Positions 45,419 through 55,899 of a DNA stretch of 64,000 nucleotides are shown here, piece after piece. The stretch spans positions 22,823 through 86,822 of the forward strand of contig DATKVM010000005.1 of NCBI GenBank assembly GCA_035530075.1, given 5' to 3'. How positions within the stretch are numbered: position 1 is the first letter of the stretch; the number at the start of each line of letters is the position of its first letter. The position numbers and the translations under genes were made by a program. The DNA comes from Patescibacteria group bacterium. GTDB taxonomy: Bacteria; Patescibacteriota; Microgenomatia; UM-FILTER-40-11. The notes beneath the pieces were generated by a model, which was not told where the DNA came from, ran no database searches, and was given only the letters and a program-made list of their open reading frames with translations.

Positions 45419-45943
45419 TTACTCCCGGCAACAATCAATCGCCTTTTTAATTACTTCGCCCAGTTTGGCCATAAAGCTGTGAGTGCTGTCATTTTCAATT
45501 TCCTTTTCGACCGTCTTTTCCAAATCACCAGTTTTAAGAAGCTTTAAATTCAGTCCCCAGAAAAGCTCATAAAGAGAATGGGCCATTTGAAAATATTCCT
45601 TGGCCTCCTTTTTATCCCCTTTGCTTAAGCTTTTGGTACCCACTTCCAAAAGCCTCATTGACCCGGCCAACAAATGCTTGGACAAGCACCATTCTTCTCC
45701 CTCATAGTCCTTAATCAGCTTTTTCAAAAGCCCTTTGCGCATTTCCCGCACTTGATTCAAAAGCTCAAGGTAACCTTCTTTTTTGGTCTTGCCAAAAGTA
45801 AAGAAGAGATGCTCTTCGATGGAAATAAGATTCATTACCGCCACCGAAAGATCCTCTCCCGAAGAAAGGTCAAGTTTTTCGCCTTTTTCAGCCGCTTTAA
45901 CTTTCGCTAAGAGTTCCTGAATTTCCTTATCTTTGTTCATCAT
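45419..45943 (-). CDS. hypothetical protein
   Basis: ORF only. Confidence 0.35.
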   Translation of the reverse strand: MMNKDKEIQELLAKVKAAEKGEKLDLSSGEDLSVAVMNLISIEEHLFFTFGKTKKEGYLELLNQVREMRKGLLKKLIKDYEGEEWCLSKHLLAGSMRLLEVGTKSLSKGDKKEAKEYFQMAHSLYELFWGLNLKLLKTGDLEKTVEKEIENDSTHSFMAKLGEVIKKAIDCCRE

Positions 45944-46476
45944 TTAATTCCCAAACGACATAATTGAAAAGCAAAAGCCGTTGCAAAAATCAAAAAGAAC
46001 AAGGGGGCGACTACCCGCTGATAGGGAAAAAGCGCTTTCCCCGGCTCTTTTTTATTCAATTTTCGCAAAAGAAAATCGGTGCCGTAGCCTAGTAAAAAAG
46101 CCACCGAGCCAAAAATTATCCCTGAAAGTAGTTTATCATGACCGTGAATTTTGCAGGTGGGATGGCCGATAAAACCGGTTTGCTTTAAGCTCAAAACCGT
46201 GGTTATCCATAAAAAAGCCGAAAGTAGCCACTTAAACCCGCGAAAATCGAATCTTTTGAGGTATTTAGCGGTAGCCATCCAAAGTCCGAAAGAAAGCGTC
46301 AAGCCTCCTGCCCAAATGCCGATAATTAAATCATCGACTCCCAAATAATGAGATAAAAGCACCCCTCCGCCAATCGCCACCGTACAAACGGGACAAACCG
46401 CCTGGATGGGAGCCGCCGCCAGGAAGGCGAAGCCTAAAATCAAAAATGTCAGAGCAGCTAAGATAGTCAACATTCT
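45940..46476 (-). CDS. membrane protein with intramembrane CPVC motif (possible VKOR/DsbB-like thiol oxidoreductase)
   Basis: Start placed at the ATG at 46476 to avoid overlapping rpsI. Multi-TM, with CPVC and a HPTCKIHGHD loop. Confidence 0.3.
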   Translation of the reverse strand, partial: RMLTILAALTFLILGFAFLAAAPIQAVCPVCTVAIGGGVLLSHYLGVDDLIIGIWAGGLTLSFGLWMATAKYLKRFDFRGFKWLLSAFLWITTVLSLKQTGFIGHPTCKIHGHDKLLSGIIFGSVAFLLGYGTDFLLRKLNKKEPGKALFPYQRVVAPLFFLIFATAFAFQLCRLGIK

Positions 46477-46480
46477 TGTC

Positions 46481-46882
46481 TTACCGTTTCGGCGATTGCT
46501 TTCTCGCTCGCGCGCTCTGGGCCAAACCGAATTTCCTTCTTTCCTTTTCCCGCGGATCACGAGTCAATAAACCGGCCGACCGCAAAATTGGCTTGTATTT
46601 TTCGTCGGCGGAAACCAAAGCACGACTTAGACCTAAAACAAAGGCCCCCACTTGACCCTTTGGACCACCACCGGTAATTTTAGCGGTGGCATGGTACTTA
46701 CCAATGTTACTCGTCAATTCTAAGGGTCTTAAATAGGAAGGGGAAGGGATATCCTTGAAGTATTCCCCAATCGGCTTGGTGTTAATTGTCATCTCGCCCT
46801 TGCCCTTATACAAGCGAACTCGGGCAATGCTTCTTTTTCTTCGCCCAACTGCTGCTTGATAATCTTTTTTAGTTGCTACCAT
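46481..46882 (-). CDS. rpsI: 30S ribosomal protein S9
   Basis: Conserved S9 core, C-terminal ...RKQSPKR. Confidence 0.9.
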   Translation of the reverse strand: MVATKKDYQAAVGRRKRSIARVRLYKGKGEMTINTKPIGEYFKDIPSPSYLRPLELTSNIGKYHATAKITGGGPKGQVGAFVLGLSRALVSADEKYKPILRSAGLLTRDPREKERRKFGLAQSARARKQSPKR

Positions 46883-46883
46883 A

Positions 46884-47309
46884 TTATTTTTCCTTTTTTA
46901 CCATAAATTTATCTTGATATTGATGCTCTGGCCCCGCAAAAACGTGTAGCTTTTTAAGCCAAAGTGCCCGTAATTTATTTTTGGGCAGCATATTGGCAAC
47001 CGCCCGCTCCACCATTCTCTCCGGAAAGGTCTCTCTCATCCGAAAAGCAGGAACTTCTCTTAACCCACTGGGGTAGCCGGAAAAAGATTGGTAAACTTTT
47101 TGAGTTTCTTTCTTGCCGGTCAAAATAACCTCTTTAGCATTAACCACGACGATATGGTCCCCACAATCGAGATTTCTGACAAAGCAAGCTTTATTCTTGC
47201 CCATCAAAAGGGGGGCAATCCGAGAAGCCAAACGGCCTAAAACCTGGCCTTTGGCATCAATTAAATGCCATTTTCTTTCAATTGCTTCTTTTTTAGTGGC
47301 TCGAATCAT
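46884..47309 (-). CDS. rplM: 50S ribosomal protein L13
   Basis: KWHLIDAKGQVLGRLAS N-terminus. Confidence 0.9.
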   Translation of the reverse strand: MIRATKKEAIERKWHLIDAKGQVLGRLASRIAPLLMGKNKACFVRNLDCGDHIVVVNAKEVILTGKKETQKVYQSFSGYPSGLREVPAFRMRETFPERMVERAVANMLPKNKLRALWLKKLHVFAGPEHQYQDKFMVKKEK

Positions 47310-47800
47310 TCCCTTTCCTCTCTTTTCTTTGGCAAAACTTTCCTTTCGGTTTCTTTTTTAACCTCTTTGGTTACTTTCGGCTCTTTTGGCGCCGGGACTT
47401 CTTTGACCTTCTCGGCCGCTACCGGTTTTCCGGCCATTTTGGTTAAATCTTCGGTAAACATCAATTTTGCCATTTCGGCGGCATCTCCTCCCCGACGACC
47501 GAGATGAACAATTCGCAAATATCCCCCTTTTCTATCTTTGAAAAGAGGAGCGATACCCATTACCAGTCGATTAACCAAAGCCCTTTTTCCCAAAAAGCGC
47601 AAAATTAACCGCTGGTCGGTGAGCGTCCCTCTTTTAGCCTTAGTCACCAATTTTTCAGCTTGAGGTTTAATTGCTTTAGCTTTGGGCAAAGTAGTCACAA
47701 TTTCGCCTTTTTCCACTAAAGCACCCACCAAGCCCCGAAAAAGAGCTTTTCTTTGATTTTTAGTGCGACTAAAATGACGACCGAAAACACGCTTCCTCAT
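47306..47800 (-). CDS. rplQ: 50S ribosomal protein L17 with K/E-rich C-terminal extension
   Basis: L17 core, plus a ~50 aa lysine/glutamate-rich tail. Confidence 0.85.
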   Translation of the reverse strand: MRKRVFGRHFSRTKNQRKALFRGLVGALVEKGEIVTTLPKAKAIKPQAEKLVTKAKRGTLTDQRLILRFLGKRALVNRLVMGIAPLFKDRKGGYLRIVHLGRRGGDAAEMAKLMFTEDLTKMAGKPVAAEKVKEVPAPKEPKVTKEVKKETERKVLPKKREERE

Positions 47801-47804
47801 CGGG

Positions 47805-48719
47805 TTAATCCTCCAAAGTAATTCCTTTTTCGACTAGCGCCGCTTCGATAATCTTTAAAGACTTGCCGCCCAAATTTTTGATTTTGGCAACCTTTTTCCG
47901 ACCGGCCCTTTGCAAGTCGGCCGCATTCTTGATTCCCACTTTTAAAAGGGCATTAACAATCCGTGTCGGCAATTCTAACTCTTCAATTGAGAGCGAAGAT
48001 TCCTCCGCTAAGGCTTTTTCCGCTTTGGGAGCTTCCTCTTCCACTTCTTTAGGGTTCACCACTTGGTCAAAGAAAGCCGCCAGCGTTCGAGCCGCCTCTA
48101 AAAGCGCCTCTTTGGGAGAAATCGAACCATCGGTCCAAACCTCTAAAGTTAATTTATCAAAGTTAGTGACTCGACCAACTCGAGTTGCTCCAACATGATA
48201 ATTAACTCTTTGAACCGGAGTAAAAATTGCATCCAGGGGAATAATGCCAATTTCTCCACCTTCTCTTTCCTCAAAAGGAACATAACCATAACCGGAATCG
48301 ACTAAAAATTCCCCCTTCAGCCGAGAAGATTTATCCGCCAGGGCTCCTAGAACCAAGTCCTCATTAACAATTTCCACCCCCGCCGGTACTTCAAAATCAG
48401 CCGCCGTTACCGGTCCCGGACCAGTCTTGTCCAGAGTAATTTTTACCGGCTTGTCGCCAGCGTATTTGACCTTGACCTGCTTTAAGTTCAGCGTTAACTG
48501 AACAATATCTTCTTCCAACCCTTTTAGGGTAGAGAAAAGATGCTTGACTCCAGAAATTTTCGCCTGGACAATGGCCGCCCCCGGTAAGCTACTTAAAAGG
48601 ACTCGGCGCAGGGCGGTCCCCAAAGTTTGTCCGTAACCTTGCTGCAAAGGTTCAAGAGTGAAAATGCCAAAATCAGCACTTTCTTTCTCGGTCTTAATTT
48701 GGAAGGTGGGTGTAATCAT
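47805..48719 (-). CDS. rpoA: DNA-directed RNA polymerase subunit alpha
   Basis: NTD dimerisation motifs and a C-terminal alpha-CTD helix-hairpin-helix. Confidence 0.9.
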   Translation of the reverse strand: MITPTFQIKTEKESADFGIFTLEPLQQGYGQTLGTALRRVLLSSLPGAAIVQAKISGVKHLFSTLKGLEEDIVQLTLNLKQVKVKYAGDKPVKITLDKTGPGPVTAADFEVPAGVEIVNEDLVLGALADKSSRLKGEFLVDSGYGYVPFEEREGGEIGIIPLDAIFTPVQRVNYHVGATRVGRVTNFDKLTLEVWTDGSISPKEALLEAARTLAAFFDQVVNPKEVEEEAPKAEKALAEESSLSIEELELPTRIVNALLKVGIKNAADLQRAGRKKVAKIKNLGGKSLKIIEAALVEKGITLED

Positions 48720-48768
48720 ATGAACTCCTTACAAATTTTTTTAAATTTAATATTAATGACTGCCTAAT

Positions 48769-49389
48769 TTACCTCGAATAATACTCGACAATTAACTGCT
48801 CGCTAATGTCGGTCTCAATTTCTTCCCTTTTGGGCAAGTGAATTAACTTGCCTGCCGGACCTTTTCGCTCCAACCACTCGGGAATTTTTATTTCCTTTTT
48901 GTCCAGCATCACTTTTACTTTCACCAAAGTCAGAGCTTGTTCGCTTAAGGTGATTACTTGACCAGGCTTAACTCTAAAAGAGGGAATATTTACCACTTGA
49001 TTATCAACTTTTACGTGCTTATGACTCACTAATTGCCGGGCCGCTCGCCGAGAGGGAGCAAAACCCAACCGATAGACCAAATTATCCAAACGGCTCTCCA
49101 AAATCTGCAAAAGGGCTTCACCGGTGGCTTCTCTCACCTTCCTCGCTACCCCAAAATACTTTTTTAACTGAGCCTCTTCCAAGCCATATATCCTTTTTAG
49201 CTTTTGTTTTTCGGCCAAGCGGACACCAAAGTCGGACGCTCTCCTTCTTCTTTTGGCCCCGTGCTGACCGGGTAAAACCGCTCCCTTGCGGTCAATCGGA
49301 CATTTAGTAAAACAGCGCTCGCCTTTCAAAAAGAGTTTTCCCCCGGCGGCTCGACACAAGCGACACTTAATTGAATAACCTCTCATCAT
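48769..49389 (-). CDS. rpsD: 30S ribosomal protein S4
   Basis: N-terminal zinc-ribbon-like CRLCRAAGGKLFLKGERC, then an S4 domain. Confidence 0.9.
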   Translation of the reverse strand: MMRGYSIKCRLCRAAGGKLFLKGERCFTKCPIDRKGAVLPGQHGAKRRRRASDFGVRLAEKQKLKRIYGLEEAQLKKYFGVARKVREATGEALLQILESRLDNLVYRLGFAPSRRAARQLVSHKHVKVDNQVVNIPSFRVKPGQVITLSEQALTLVKVKVMLDKKEIKIPEWLERKGPAGKLIHLPKREEIETDISEQLIVEYYSR

Positions 49390-49392
49390 CGA

Positions 49393-49758
49393 TTAAACTC
49401 TCCTTGGTTTCCTCGGCTTAACTCCGTTATGGGGAATAGGGGTGACATCAGCTATTAAGTCAATTTTCAAATTGGCCGCCCGAATCGCTCGCAGTGCCGC
49501 GTCTCGACCGGCACCAGGGCCTTTAATATAAACCTCGACTTCCTTGACTCCCATTTGCTTAGCGCGCATGAGAGCTTTTTCCGTCGCGATAGTGGCCGCG
49601 TAAGGAGTAGACTTGCGGGCTCCCTTAAAACCTAATGAACCGGCCGATTCCTGCAAAAGAACATCGCCGTCTAAGTTGGCAATGGAGACCACCGTGTTAT
49701 TAAAGGTGGCTAAAATATTAACTTTGGCTTTAGGTTGAACTGTCGTCTTTTTTATCAT
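49393..49758 (-). CDS. rpsK: 30S ribosomal protein S11
   Basis: Conserved S11 core. Confidence 0.9.
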   Translation of the reverse strand: MIKKTTVQPKAKVNILATFNNTVVSIANLDGDVLLQESAGSLGFKGARKSTPYAATIATEKALMRAKQMGVKEVEVYIKGPGAGRDAALRAIRAANLKIDLIADVTPIPHNGVKPRKPRRV

Positions 49759-49770
49759 CTTTTTCCCTTA

Positions 49771-50196
49771 CTAAGCCGCCGTGGCCTTAGTTTTTGTAGC
49801 TCCTAATCTTTCTTTCTTAGCAATCTCTTCTTTTTTCAAAGCGCCGATAGTCATTCTCTTTCCTCTCTTAGTCCGAGCGTTGCTTCTGGTTCGCTGGCCA
49901 CGAACCGGCAGATTAGCTAAATGGCGCCGACCGCGATAGCAAGAAATTTGTTTTAATCTTTTGATGTTTTCCTGAACCTCTTTACGCAAATCTCCTTCTA
50001 CTTTCAAAGCTTTATCAATCGTTTTTTGCAAAGCGGCGACTTCCCCTTCAGTCAAGTCTTTTGCTCTCTTGGCCGGGTCAATTTTAGCTATAACCAAAAT
50101 TTTGCCCACATTACTCCGCCCGATACCATAAATGGCCGTTAAGGCAATATCGGTTCTTCTGGCTTCTGGGATATCAACTCCGGAAATTCTTGGCAT
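49771..50196 (-). CDS. rpsM: 30S ribosomal protein S13
   Basis: Start at the ATG MPRISGVDIP rather than the track's TTG at 50211. Confidence 0.9.
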   Translation of the reverse strand: MPRISGVDIPEARRTDIALTAIYGIGRSNVGKILVIAKIDPAKRAKDLTEGEVAALQKTIDKALKVEGDLRKEVQENIKRLKQISCYRGRRHLANLPVRGQRTRSNARTKRGKRMTIGALKKEEIAKKERLGATKTKATAA

Positions 50197-50207
50197 ACTT
50201 ATAAATG

Positions 50208-50321
50208 TCAACCTTGTCTCTGTTTATGTCTTGGGTTCTTGCACACAATATAAATTCGCCCCCGACGACGAACAACTTTACACTGACGACATCTCTTTCT
50301 GGTCGATGATTGGACTTTCAT
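50208..50321 (-). CDS. rpmJ: 50S ribosomal protein L36 (37 aa)
   Basis: Translated by hand: [37 protein letters not shown]. Below the ORF-track cutoff. Confidence 0.85.
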   Translation of the reverse strand: MKVQSSTRKRCRQCKVVRRRGRIYIVCKNPRHKQRQG

Positions 50322-50348
50322 TTTGCTCTCTCCTTAGATAAACCGAGC

Positions 50349-50567
50349 TTACTTCCCGCGATAAACGATTCTCCCTTTATTCGGGTCATAGGGGGTAACC
50401 ACAAATTTCACCCAATCGCCCGGCAAAATGCGGATACGGTGTATGCGCATCTTCCCCGATAGCGAGCAAAGATACTGCCGCTTATCCGGTGTTTCCACCC
50501 GAAAAGTGGTATTGGGTAAATTTTCAATGACGGTCCCTTCTAATTCGACTTCGTCTTTTTTTAGCAT
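50349..50567 (-). CDS. infA: translation initiation factor IF-1
   Basis: S1-like OB fold; highly conserved sequence. Confidence 0.9.
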   Translation of the reverse strand: MLKKDEVELEGTVIENLPNTTFRVETPDKRQYLCSLSGKMRIHRIRILPGDWVKFVVTPYDPNKGRIVYRGK

Positions 50568-50591
50568 ACAAAACAGCCCCTCTTCCCTGGC

Positions 50592-51368
50592 TTACCCTTT
50601 TTCGGAAAACCGAACCGGGGTTAACACGAGGGGTCCGCTTTCCGTGACTGCTATCGTTTTCTCAAATAGCCCCGCTATTTTACCATCTTTGGTAGAAATA
50701 GTCCAGCCATCGCTTTCTAAAACTATTTCTCCGGTACCCTGACCGTAAATGACCTCAATTGCCAGCGTCATTCCTGGCTCAAGAGGAAAGGTTTTCAAAA
50801 GAGGTTCTTTAAGTACTCCCGGGATAAGCGGCTCTTCGTGCAGCTTCCGTCCAATTCCGTGCCCAGTTAAGACCTCCACCGGGTGAAAACCGGCTCCCTC
50901 TATTACCCTCTGGATTGCTTCACTAATATGGCCGACTCGATTGCCGGGACAAGCCGCTTCAATCGCCATCACCAAGGCTTTTTCGCCCGCCTGGAGAAAT
51001 TTAGAAAACCGCGTCTTACCTCCCACTTCAATTGTCCAAGAAAGATCGGTATTCCAGCCCCGCCAAAGCATCCCCGAATCAATCTTCAGCAAATCTCCTG
51101 GCCGGATAAGCTTTTCCTTCTTCGGGATGCTGTGAACGACCTCGTCATTCAGACCAACACAGGAGGTCCAATGATAACGGGGTACCCGCTTGAAAGATGG
51201 CTCCCCCCCCGCCTCCACAATTCGATTTTCAATCCAAGAATCAATTTCTAAAGTACTAACTCCGGGTTCAATCTTTCCCAGAACCTCATCTAAAATTCGA
51301 CCCAATTTTTCCCCTCCCTCGGCCATTACTTTGATTTCTTCCGGCGATTTTAAGGGAATTTTAGCCAT
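50592..51368 (-). CDS. map: type I methionine aminopeptidase
   Basis: Pita-bread fold metal ligands (D..D..H..E..E pattern). ATG start at 51368; overlaps the adk stop. Confidence 0.85.
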   Translation of the reverse strand: MAKIPLKSPEEIKVMAEGGEKLGRILDEVLGKIEPGVSTLEIDSWIENRIVEAGGEPSFKRVPRYHWTSCVGLNDEVVHSIPKKEKLIRPGDLLKIDSGMLWRGWNTDLSWTIEVGGKTRFSKFLQAGEKALVMAIEAACPGNRVGHISEAIQRVIEGAGFHPVEVLTGHGIGRKLHEEPLIPGVLKEPLLKTFPLEPGMTLAIEVIYGQGTGEIVLESDGWTISTKDGKIAGLFEKTIAVTESGPLVLTPVRFSEKG

Positions 51369-52026
51369 TAGCAATTAGCCTACGCTTTTTCAGTCTTTCA
51401 ACAATATCCTCAAAAATCACTTCAATCGGCCGGTTGCCATCAACTTCCTCCACCAGACCTCTTTGTCGGTAATACTCAATCATCGGCAAGGTTATTTCTT
51501 CAAATTGACTTAACCCGACCGCCGTTTTCTCTGATGTCTCGTCACTTCTCTTAATTAATTTTCCTCCGCAAAAATCGCAAAGCCCTTCAGTTTTTGGGGG
51601 ATTAGTTAAAAGATTATAAACTTTCCCGCATTTCTCGCACGTTCGGCGGTTTTGTAACCTTTTAAATATCTCTTCCCGTGGCAAAGTTAAATTAATAACC
51701 ACATCAATTTTCAGTCCTTTTTTCCCCATAAAGTCTTCAAAATATTGAGCTTGCGGAAGTTTTCGGGGAAAACCATCAAAAAGAATTCCATCAAGCCTCC
51801 CAATGCCATCAAGATATTTGTTAACCACCTCAACCACAATATCATCAGTAACTAAAGTTCGGCTATCAAGAAATTTCTTGACTTTCTCGCCTAAAGGTGT
51901 TTCTTCCTCCGCCACCGAGCGCAATAAACTGCCCATCTCGACATTGGCTAACTCAAACTTCTCAATTAACTTTTCCGCCTGGGTTCCTTTGCCGGAAGCA
52001 ATTGGACCAACTAAAAGAATATTCAT
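51361..52026 (-). CDS. adk: adenylate kinase with zinc-binding lid
   Basis: P-loop GPIASGKGTQ and lid CEKCGKVY...CDFCGG. Confidence 0.9.
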   Translation of the reverse strand: MNILLVGPIASGKGTQAEKLIEKFELANVEMGSLLRSVAEEETPLGEKVKKFLDSRTLVTDDIVVEVVNKYLDGIGRLDGILFDGFPRKLPQAQYFEDFMGKKGLKIDVVINLTLPREEIFKRLQNRRTCEKCGKVYNLLTNPPKTEGLCDFCGGKLIKRSDETSEKTAVGLSQFEEITLPMIEYYRQRGLVEEVDGNRPIEVIFEDIVERLKKRRLIANG

Positions 52027-52057
52027 CTTAGAACTTTTCTAAAAACTTTTCCGATTC

Positions 52058-53353
52058 CTAGAATTTTTCTAGGAATTTCTCATAACCGCGCATTTGGACC
52101 ATATTTTCAATCACCCTAAAGGTTTCTAAAATAACGGAGACGACAATTAAAATTCCGGTCCCGCCAATGGTAAAAGTGCTAATCCCCGTTAATTGCTGAA
52201 CCAAAGAGGGCAAAATGGCTACTAGCCCCAAAAAGATTGCCCCCGCAAGAGTAATTCGGGTAAGAATGAAGTTGAGATAATTGGCCGTCGAGCTACCCGG
52301 TCTAATACCGGGGATAAAACCACCATGTTTCTTAATCTCCTCGGCAATTTTATTAGGATTAAAAATCACCGCCGTATAAAAATAAGTGAAACCGACAACC
52401 AGGAGGAAGTAACTTAAGTTATAAATCATTCCTCCGGGGTTGAAAATATTAGCTAAGGTTTTGGCGGCGGCGGCCACTGCCTGGTTGGGCACTTGAGCCA
52501 AAAACCGGCCGACCATCGAAGGTAACAAAACCAACGAAACGGCAAAGATAATGGGAATAACTCCCGCTTGGTTAATTTTTAAAGGTAGGAAAGTCGTCTG
52601 ACCACCGTACATCTTACCGCCGGTAATTCTTTTAGCGTATTCTATTCTAACCTTACGCACTGCTTCATCAATAAAAATCACTCCGGCAATAACCGCCAAC
52701 GAAAGGGCAAGAAAAATCAGGAGATTAAAAACATTAGCTGCCTCTAAAGTGACGGCTGTCTGGCCAAAGGCAACCGGTAATCGGCCAATAATACCGGCGA
52801 AGATAATCAGAGAAATACCGTTCCCAATTCCTTTCTCGGTAATTAATTCTCCCAACCACATTAAAAAAATCGTTCCGCTAACCATCGTCACCACTGCCGC
52901 CAACACTGAAAGTGGGCTAACTTGGCTAATAATATTCTGGCTGCGTAAAAGAGCGAACATTCCAATCGCTTGTAAGGCTGCCAAAGGAACCGTCAAAATG
53001 CGAGTGTACTGGTTAATTTTTTCCCGACCGTATTCTCCCTCTTTAGAAAGCTCTTCCAGGCGCGGAAAAACAAGGGTTAAAAGTTGAAAAATAATGGAGG
53101 CGTTAATATAGGGCCCTAATCCCAAAGCCATTACGGAAAAGTTGGCTAAAGTACCACCCGAAAAAATATCTAAGAGTCCCAAAAATTGGTTGGAAGCAAA
53201 AAGTTGTCTTAAAGCTAGGAGATTAACACCGGCAAGAGGAATGTGAGCAATCAGGCGAAAAAGGAAAAGGATAAAACCGGTAAAAAGCAGCTTCTGCCGT
53301 AAATCGGGAACCTTAAAAGCGGTTCTTAATTCGTTGATGATCCCTTCGACCAC
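52058..53353 (-). CDS. secY: preprotein translocase subunit SecY
   Basis: Ten-TM architecture and conserved SecY segments. Confidence 0.9.
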   Translation of the reverse strand: MVEGIINELRTAFKVPDLRQKLLFTGFILFLFRLIAHIPLAGVNLLALRQLFASNQFLGLLDIFSGGTLANFSVMALGLGPYINASIIFQLLTLVFPRLEELSKEGEYGREKINQYTRILTVPLAALQAIGMFALLRSQNIISQVSPLSVLAAVVTMVSGTIFLMWLGELITEKGIGNGISLIIFAGIIGRLPVAFGQTAVTLEAANVFNLLIFLALSLAVIAGVIFIDEAVRKVRIEYAKRITGGKMYGGQTTFLPLKINQAGVIPIIFAVSLVLLPSMVGRFLAQVPNQAVAAAAKTLANIFNPGGMIYNLSYFLLVVGFTYFYTAVIFNPNKIAEEIKKHGGFIPGIRPGSSTANYLNFILTRITLAGAIFLGLVAILPSLVQQLTGISTFTIGGTGILIVVSVILETFRVIENMVQMRGYEKFLEKF

Positions 53354-53354
53354 C

Positions 53355-53861
53355 TTACTTTTCCTCCGATTGGGGCTTTCTTAATTTTTTTACCACAGTC
53401 TTTTTTTTCACTTCCTCGCTAACCACTTTCCCACCGGCTTTCTCGATTTTTTCCTGAGCTCCCCGAGAAACCGGCAAAGAAACTACTAAGGGCACTTTTA
53501 TTTCACCTTCGCCTAAAATCTTAACTTTCGTCTCTTCCGGCAAAATTTTAGCCAATATCCCCTTCGCTTTCAAAGAGGCTAAATTTACTTCTTCGTCTGC
53601 CTGAAAAAGATTAAGGTATTTTAAGTTTACCACCACTGACTCCCCTTGTGGTTTAAGCTTGCCTTTGCCACGAACTAAAGGCAATCGCTTAAGCCAGGAT
53701 TTCTTAAACTTCGTCCCTTGAAAAAAAAGCCCGACTTTTCCCCTCGCCTTTTGGCCCTTGGCTCCACGAGTAGAAGTATGGCCGCCGCGGCCTGAACCAT
53801 AGCCTCGGCCAATTCTCTTTTTTCCCCTCTTGGTGGTCTTTGATAAAGCGGCTAAATTCAT
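53355..53861 (-). CDS. rplO: 50S ribosomal protein L15
   Basis: [27 protein letters not shown]. Confidence 0.85.
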   Translation of the reverse strand: MNLAALSKTTKRGKKRIGRGYGSGRGGHTSTRGAKGQKARGKVGLFFQGTKFKKSWLKRLPLVRGKGKLKPQGESVVVNLKYLNLFQADEEVNLASLKAKGILAKILPEETKVKILGEGEIKVPLVVSLPVSRGAQEKIEKAGGKVVSEEVKKKTVVKKLRKPQSEEK

Positions 53862-54331
53862 TTGCCCTCCTTAACTGTTCGCAACTGCTTCAAGGCCTCC
53901 AAAGTCGCGTAAACATTAGAGGCTTTATTACTAGTGCCCAAAACTTTTGAGGAAATATCCCTAATTCCAGCTGCTTCCACTACCGCCCGGACAGCCCCGC
54001 CCGCGATAACTCCCGAACCGACTGGCGCTGGCTTTAAAAGCACTTTCGCCGCTCCTCTCTTTATTCGAACATCGTGAGGAATAGTGGTCCCCTTGAGCGG
54101 GACAGTAATTAAGTGCCTTTTCGCATAATCAATGGCCTTGGCAATCGAGGAGGAAACATCTTTAGCCTTGCCTAAGCCAACCCCAACTCGGCCCTTTCTA
54201 TCGCCCACGACAACCAAAACTGAAAAGCTGATTTTGTTACCACCTTTAGTCTTCTTGGAAACTCGGTTGACTTGGACAACCTTTTCCTCAAATTCTTTTT
54301 CCGCCTTGGGGATAAAATTATCTCTTCGCAT
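53858..54331 (-). CDS. rpsE: 30S ribosomal protein S5
   Basis: Conserved S5 core. Its stop overlaps the rplO start by 4 nt, with no rpmD between. Confidence 0.9.
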   Translation of the reverse strand: MRRDNFIPKAEKEFEEKVVQVNRVSKKTKGGNKISFSVLVVVGDRKGRVGVGLGKAKDVSSSIAKAIDYAKRHLITVPLKGTTIPHDVRIKRGAAKVLLKPAPVGSGVIAGGAVRAVVEAAGIRDISSKVLGTSNKASNVYATLEALKQLRTVKEGK

Positions 54332-54338
54332 ATTCTTT

Positions 54339-54704
54339 TTAGAAAATTAAACCTCCCTGTCGCAAACCTTCGGCAAAAGATTTAATCCGACCATGATAGC
54401 GATAAGCTCTCCGGTCGAAAACAATCTCTTTCACTTTCCTTTTCAAGGCTTCTTGGGCGAACTGCTCACCGAACTCTCGAGCCCGGTCGGTTTTAGCTCT
54501 CGACTCTGCCTTCATCATCAGTTTTTTGTCGCTTAGGCCCAAGACCGTCTGGCCGCTTTTCAAGTCAATAATTTGGGCAAAAAGGTAGCGGTTCGAGCGA
54601 GAAACGGAAAGCCGATAGGCTTTACCGCCTATCTTTCCCCTCACTCTTAATTGCCTTCTTCTGGCTCGTAAATCCTTCTCTTCCATTTTATTTTCCTCCC
54701 GCAA
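54339..54704 (-). CDS. rplR: 50S ribosomal protein L18
   Basis: Conserved L18 core. Confidence 0.85.
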   Translation of the reverse strand: MREENKMEEKDLRARRRQLRVRGKIGGKAYRLSVSRSNRYLFAQIIDLKSGQTVLGLSDKKLMMKAESRAKTDRAREFGEQFAQEALKRKVKEIVFDRRAYRYHGRIKSFAEGLRQGGLIF

Positions 54705-55248
54705 CTCCCGCCTTAGCCGCAGCCGCTTTCCCCGGTTTAAGCCGCAATTTTTCGCCTAAAAAGCGAATTCCTTTGCCTTTATAAGCATCCGGCTTTCTTA
54801 TTTTCTTAATTTTATCGGCGGTGCGACCAACTAAATCCTTGTCGATACCGCTGACTTTGATTTTATTTTCTTGAACCGTTAGCGTAATTCCCGGCGGTGA
54901 AACAAAGCGGACCGGATGGGAATAGCCAACGAATAAGACCAAAGTTTCCCCTTCCATTTGCGCTCGATAACCAGTGCCAACAATTTCCAGTTCTTTGCTA
55001 AAACCGGCGGTGGTCCCGAAAATCGCGTTGGCAATCAAACGAGCTAAGGTTCCGTGCATTGCCTTGGTCTTTTTATCCTCAGCCAACCTTCTTACCCTCA
55101 CTTGATTGGGCTCAATTTCCACCGCTAGCTTCTCCGGCAAAGCCAGCCTAATTTCGCCTTGAGGCCCCCGCACCAAAAGCTGCCGCCCCTCTTGAGAAAG
55201 GCTTACACCATCTTTAATCATAATCGGTCTTTCGCCAATTTTAGACAT
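54688..55248 (-). CDS. rplF: 50S ribosomal protein L6
   Basis: Two-domain L6. Confidence 0.9.
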   Translation of the reverse strand: MSKIGERPIMIKDGVSLSQEGRQLLVRGPQGEIRLALPEKLAVEIEPNQVRVRRLAEDKKTKAMHGTLARLIANAIFGTTAGFSKELEIVGTGYRAQMEGETLVLFVGYSHPVRFVSPPGITLTVQENKIKVSGIDKDLVGRTADKIKKIRKPDAYKGKGIRFLGEKLRLKPGKAAAAKAGVAGGK

Positions 55249-55251
55249 TTT

Positions 55252-55644
55252 TTAAATTAATCGACAAATAACTTCGCCACCTAAGTTTTTTTTAATCGCT
55301 TCCTTACCCGTCATTAAACCGGCCGGGGTCGAAATGACCGTTATCCCCAAACCTCGGCGCAAGATGCTAATATCTTTAGCTCGGCAATAAACCCGACGAC
55401 CGGGCTTGGAAATAATCTTTACTTCAATCGGCCTAACCTGACCTTTTTCCTCACTTAAAGTCAAACGTAGCTCTTTAACCGCTCCTTCCCCAATCACTTC
55501 CACTTTTTCCACTAGCCCTTCTTTTTCCAAAACTTTAGCTAAGTTTTCTTTTAAGTGTGAATAAGGCGCCATCACGCTCTTTTGGCGAGCCAAAGTGGCG
55601 TTTTTGATTCTAATTAATAAATCGGCAATTGGATAATTAACCAT
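55252..55644 (-). CDS. rpsH: 30S ribosomal protein S8
   Basis: Conserved S8 core. Confidence 0.9.
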   Translation of the reverse strand: MVNYPIADLLIRIKNATLARQKSVMAPYSHLKENLAKVLEKEGLVEKVEVIGEGAVKELRLTLSEEKGQVRPIEVKIISKPGRRVYCRAKDISILRRGLGITVISTPAGLMTGKEAIKKNLGGEVICRLI

Positions 55645-55648
55645 ATTT

Positions 55649-55864
55649 TTACCAACTGGCTTTTTTAACTCCGGGGATTTCTCCTCGACTGGCTAACTTG
55701 CGGAAACAAAGCCGGCATAGTCCAAATAAACGCAAATAACCCCTCGGTCGCCCACATAAAGAACAACGAGAATGGGCCCGAGTTTCATATTTTAGCATTT
55801 TTCGGTTTTTTTCTCTCACAATTTTCGATTTTCTGGCCACTGTGACCTCCGTTTTATCCGCCAA
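55649..55864 (-). CDS. rpsZ: 30S ribosomal protein S14 type Z (zinc-binding)
   Basis: CSLCGRP...CRLC zinc motif, ~61-71 aa. Confidence 0.85.
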   Translation of the reverse strand: MADKTEVTVARKSKIVREKNRKMLKYETRAHSRCSLCGRPRGYLRLFGLCRLCFRKLASRGEIPGVKKASW

Positions 55865-55899
55865 AATTTTAATGTCGGCGGAAGCTTTAGCGAAGGGGG

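Noticed and set aside
50196-50211. TTG start giving a 146 aa S13 with N-terminal MTFIS extension
   Set aside because: The downstream ATG gives the conserved S13 N-terminus MPRISGVDIP and leaves a clean gap before rpmJ. The extension is probably an artefact of alternative-start ORF calling.
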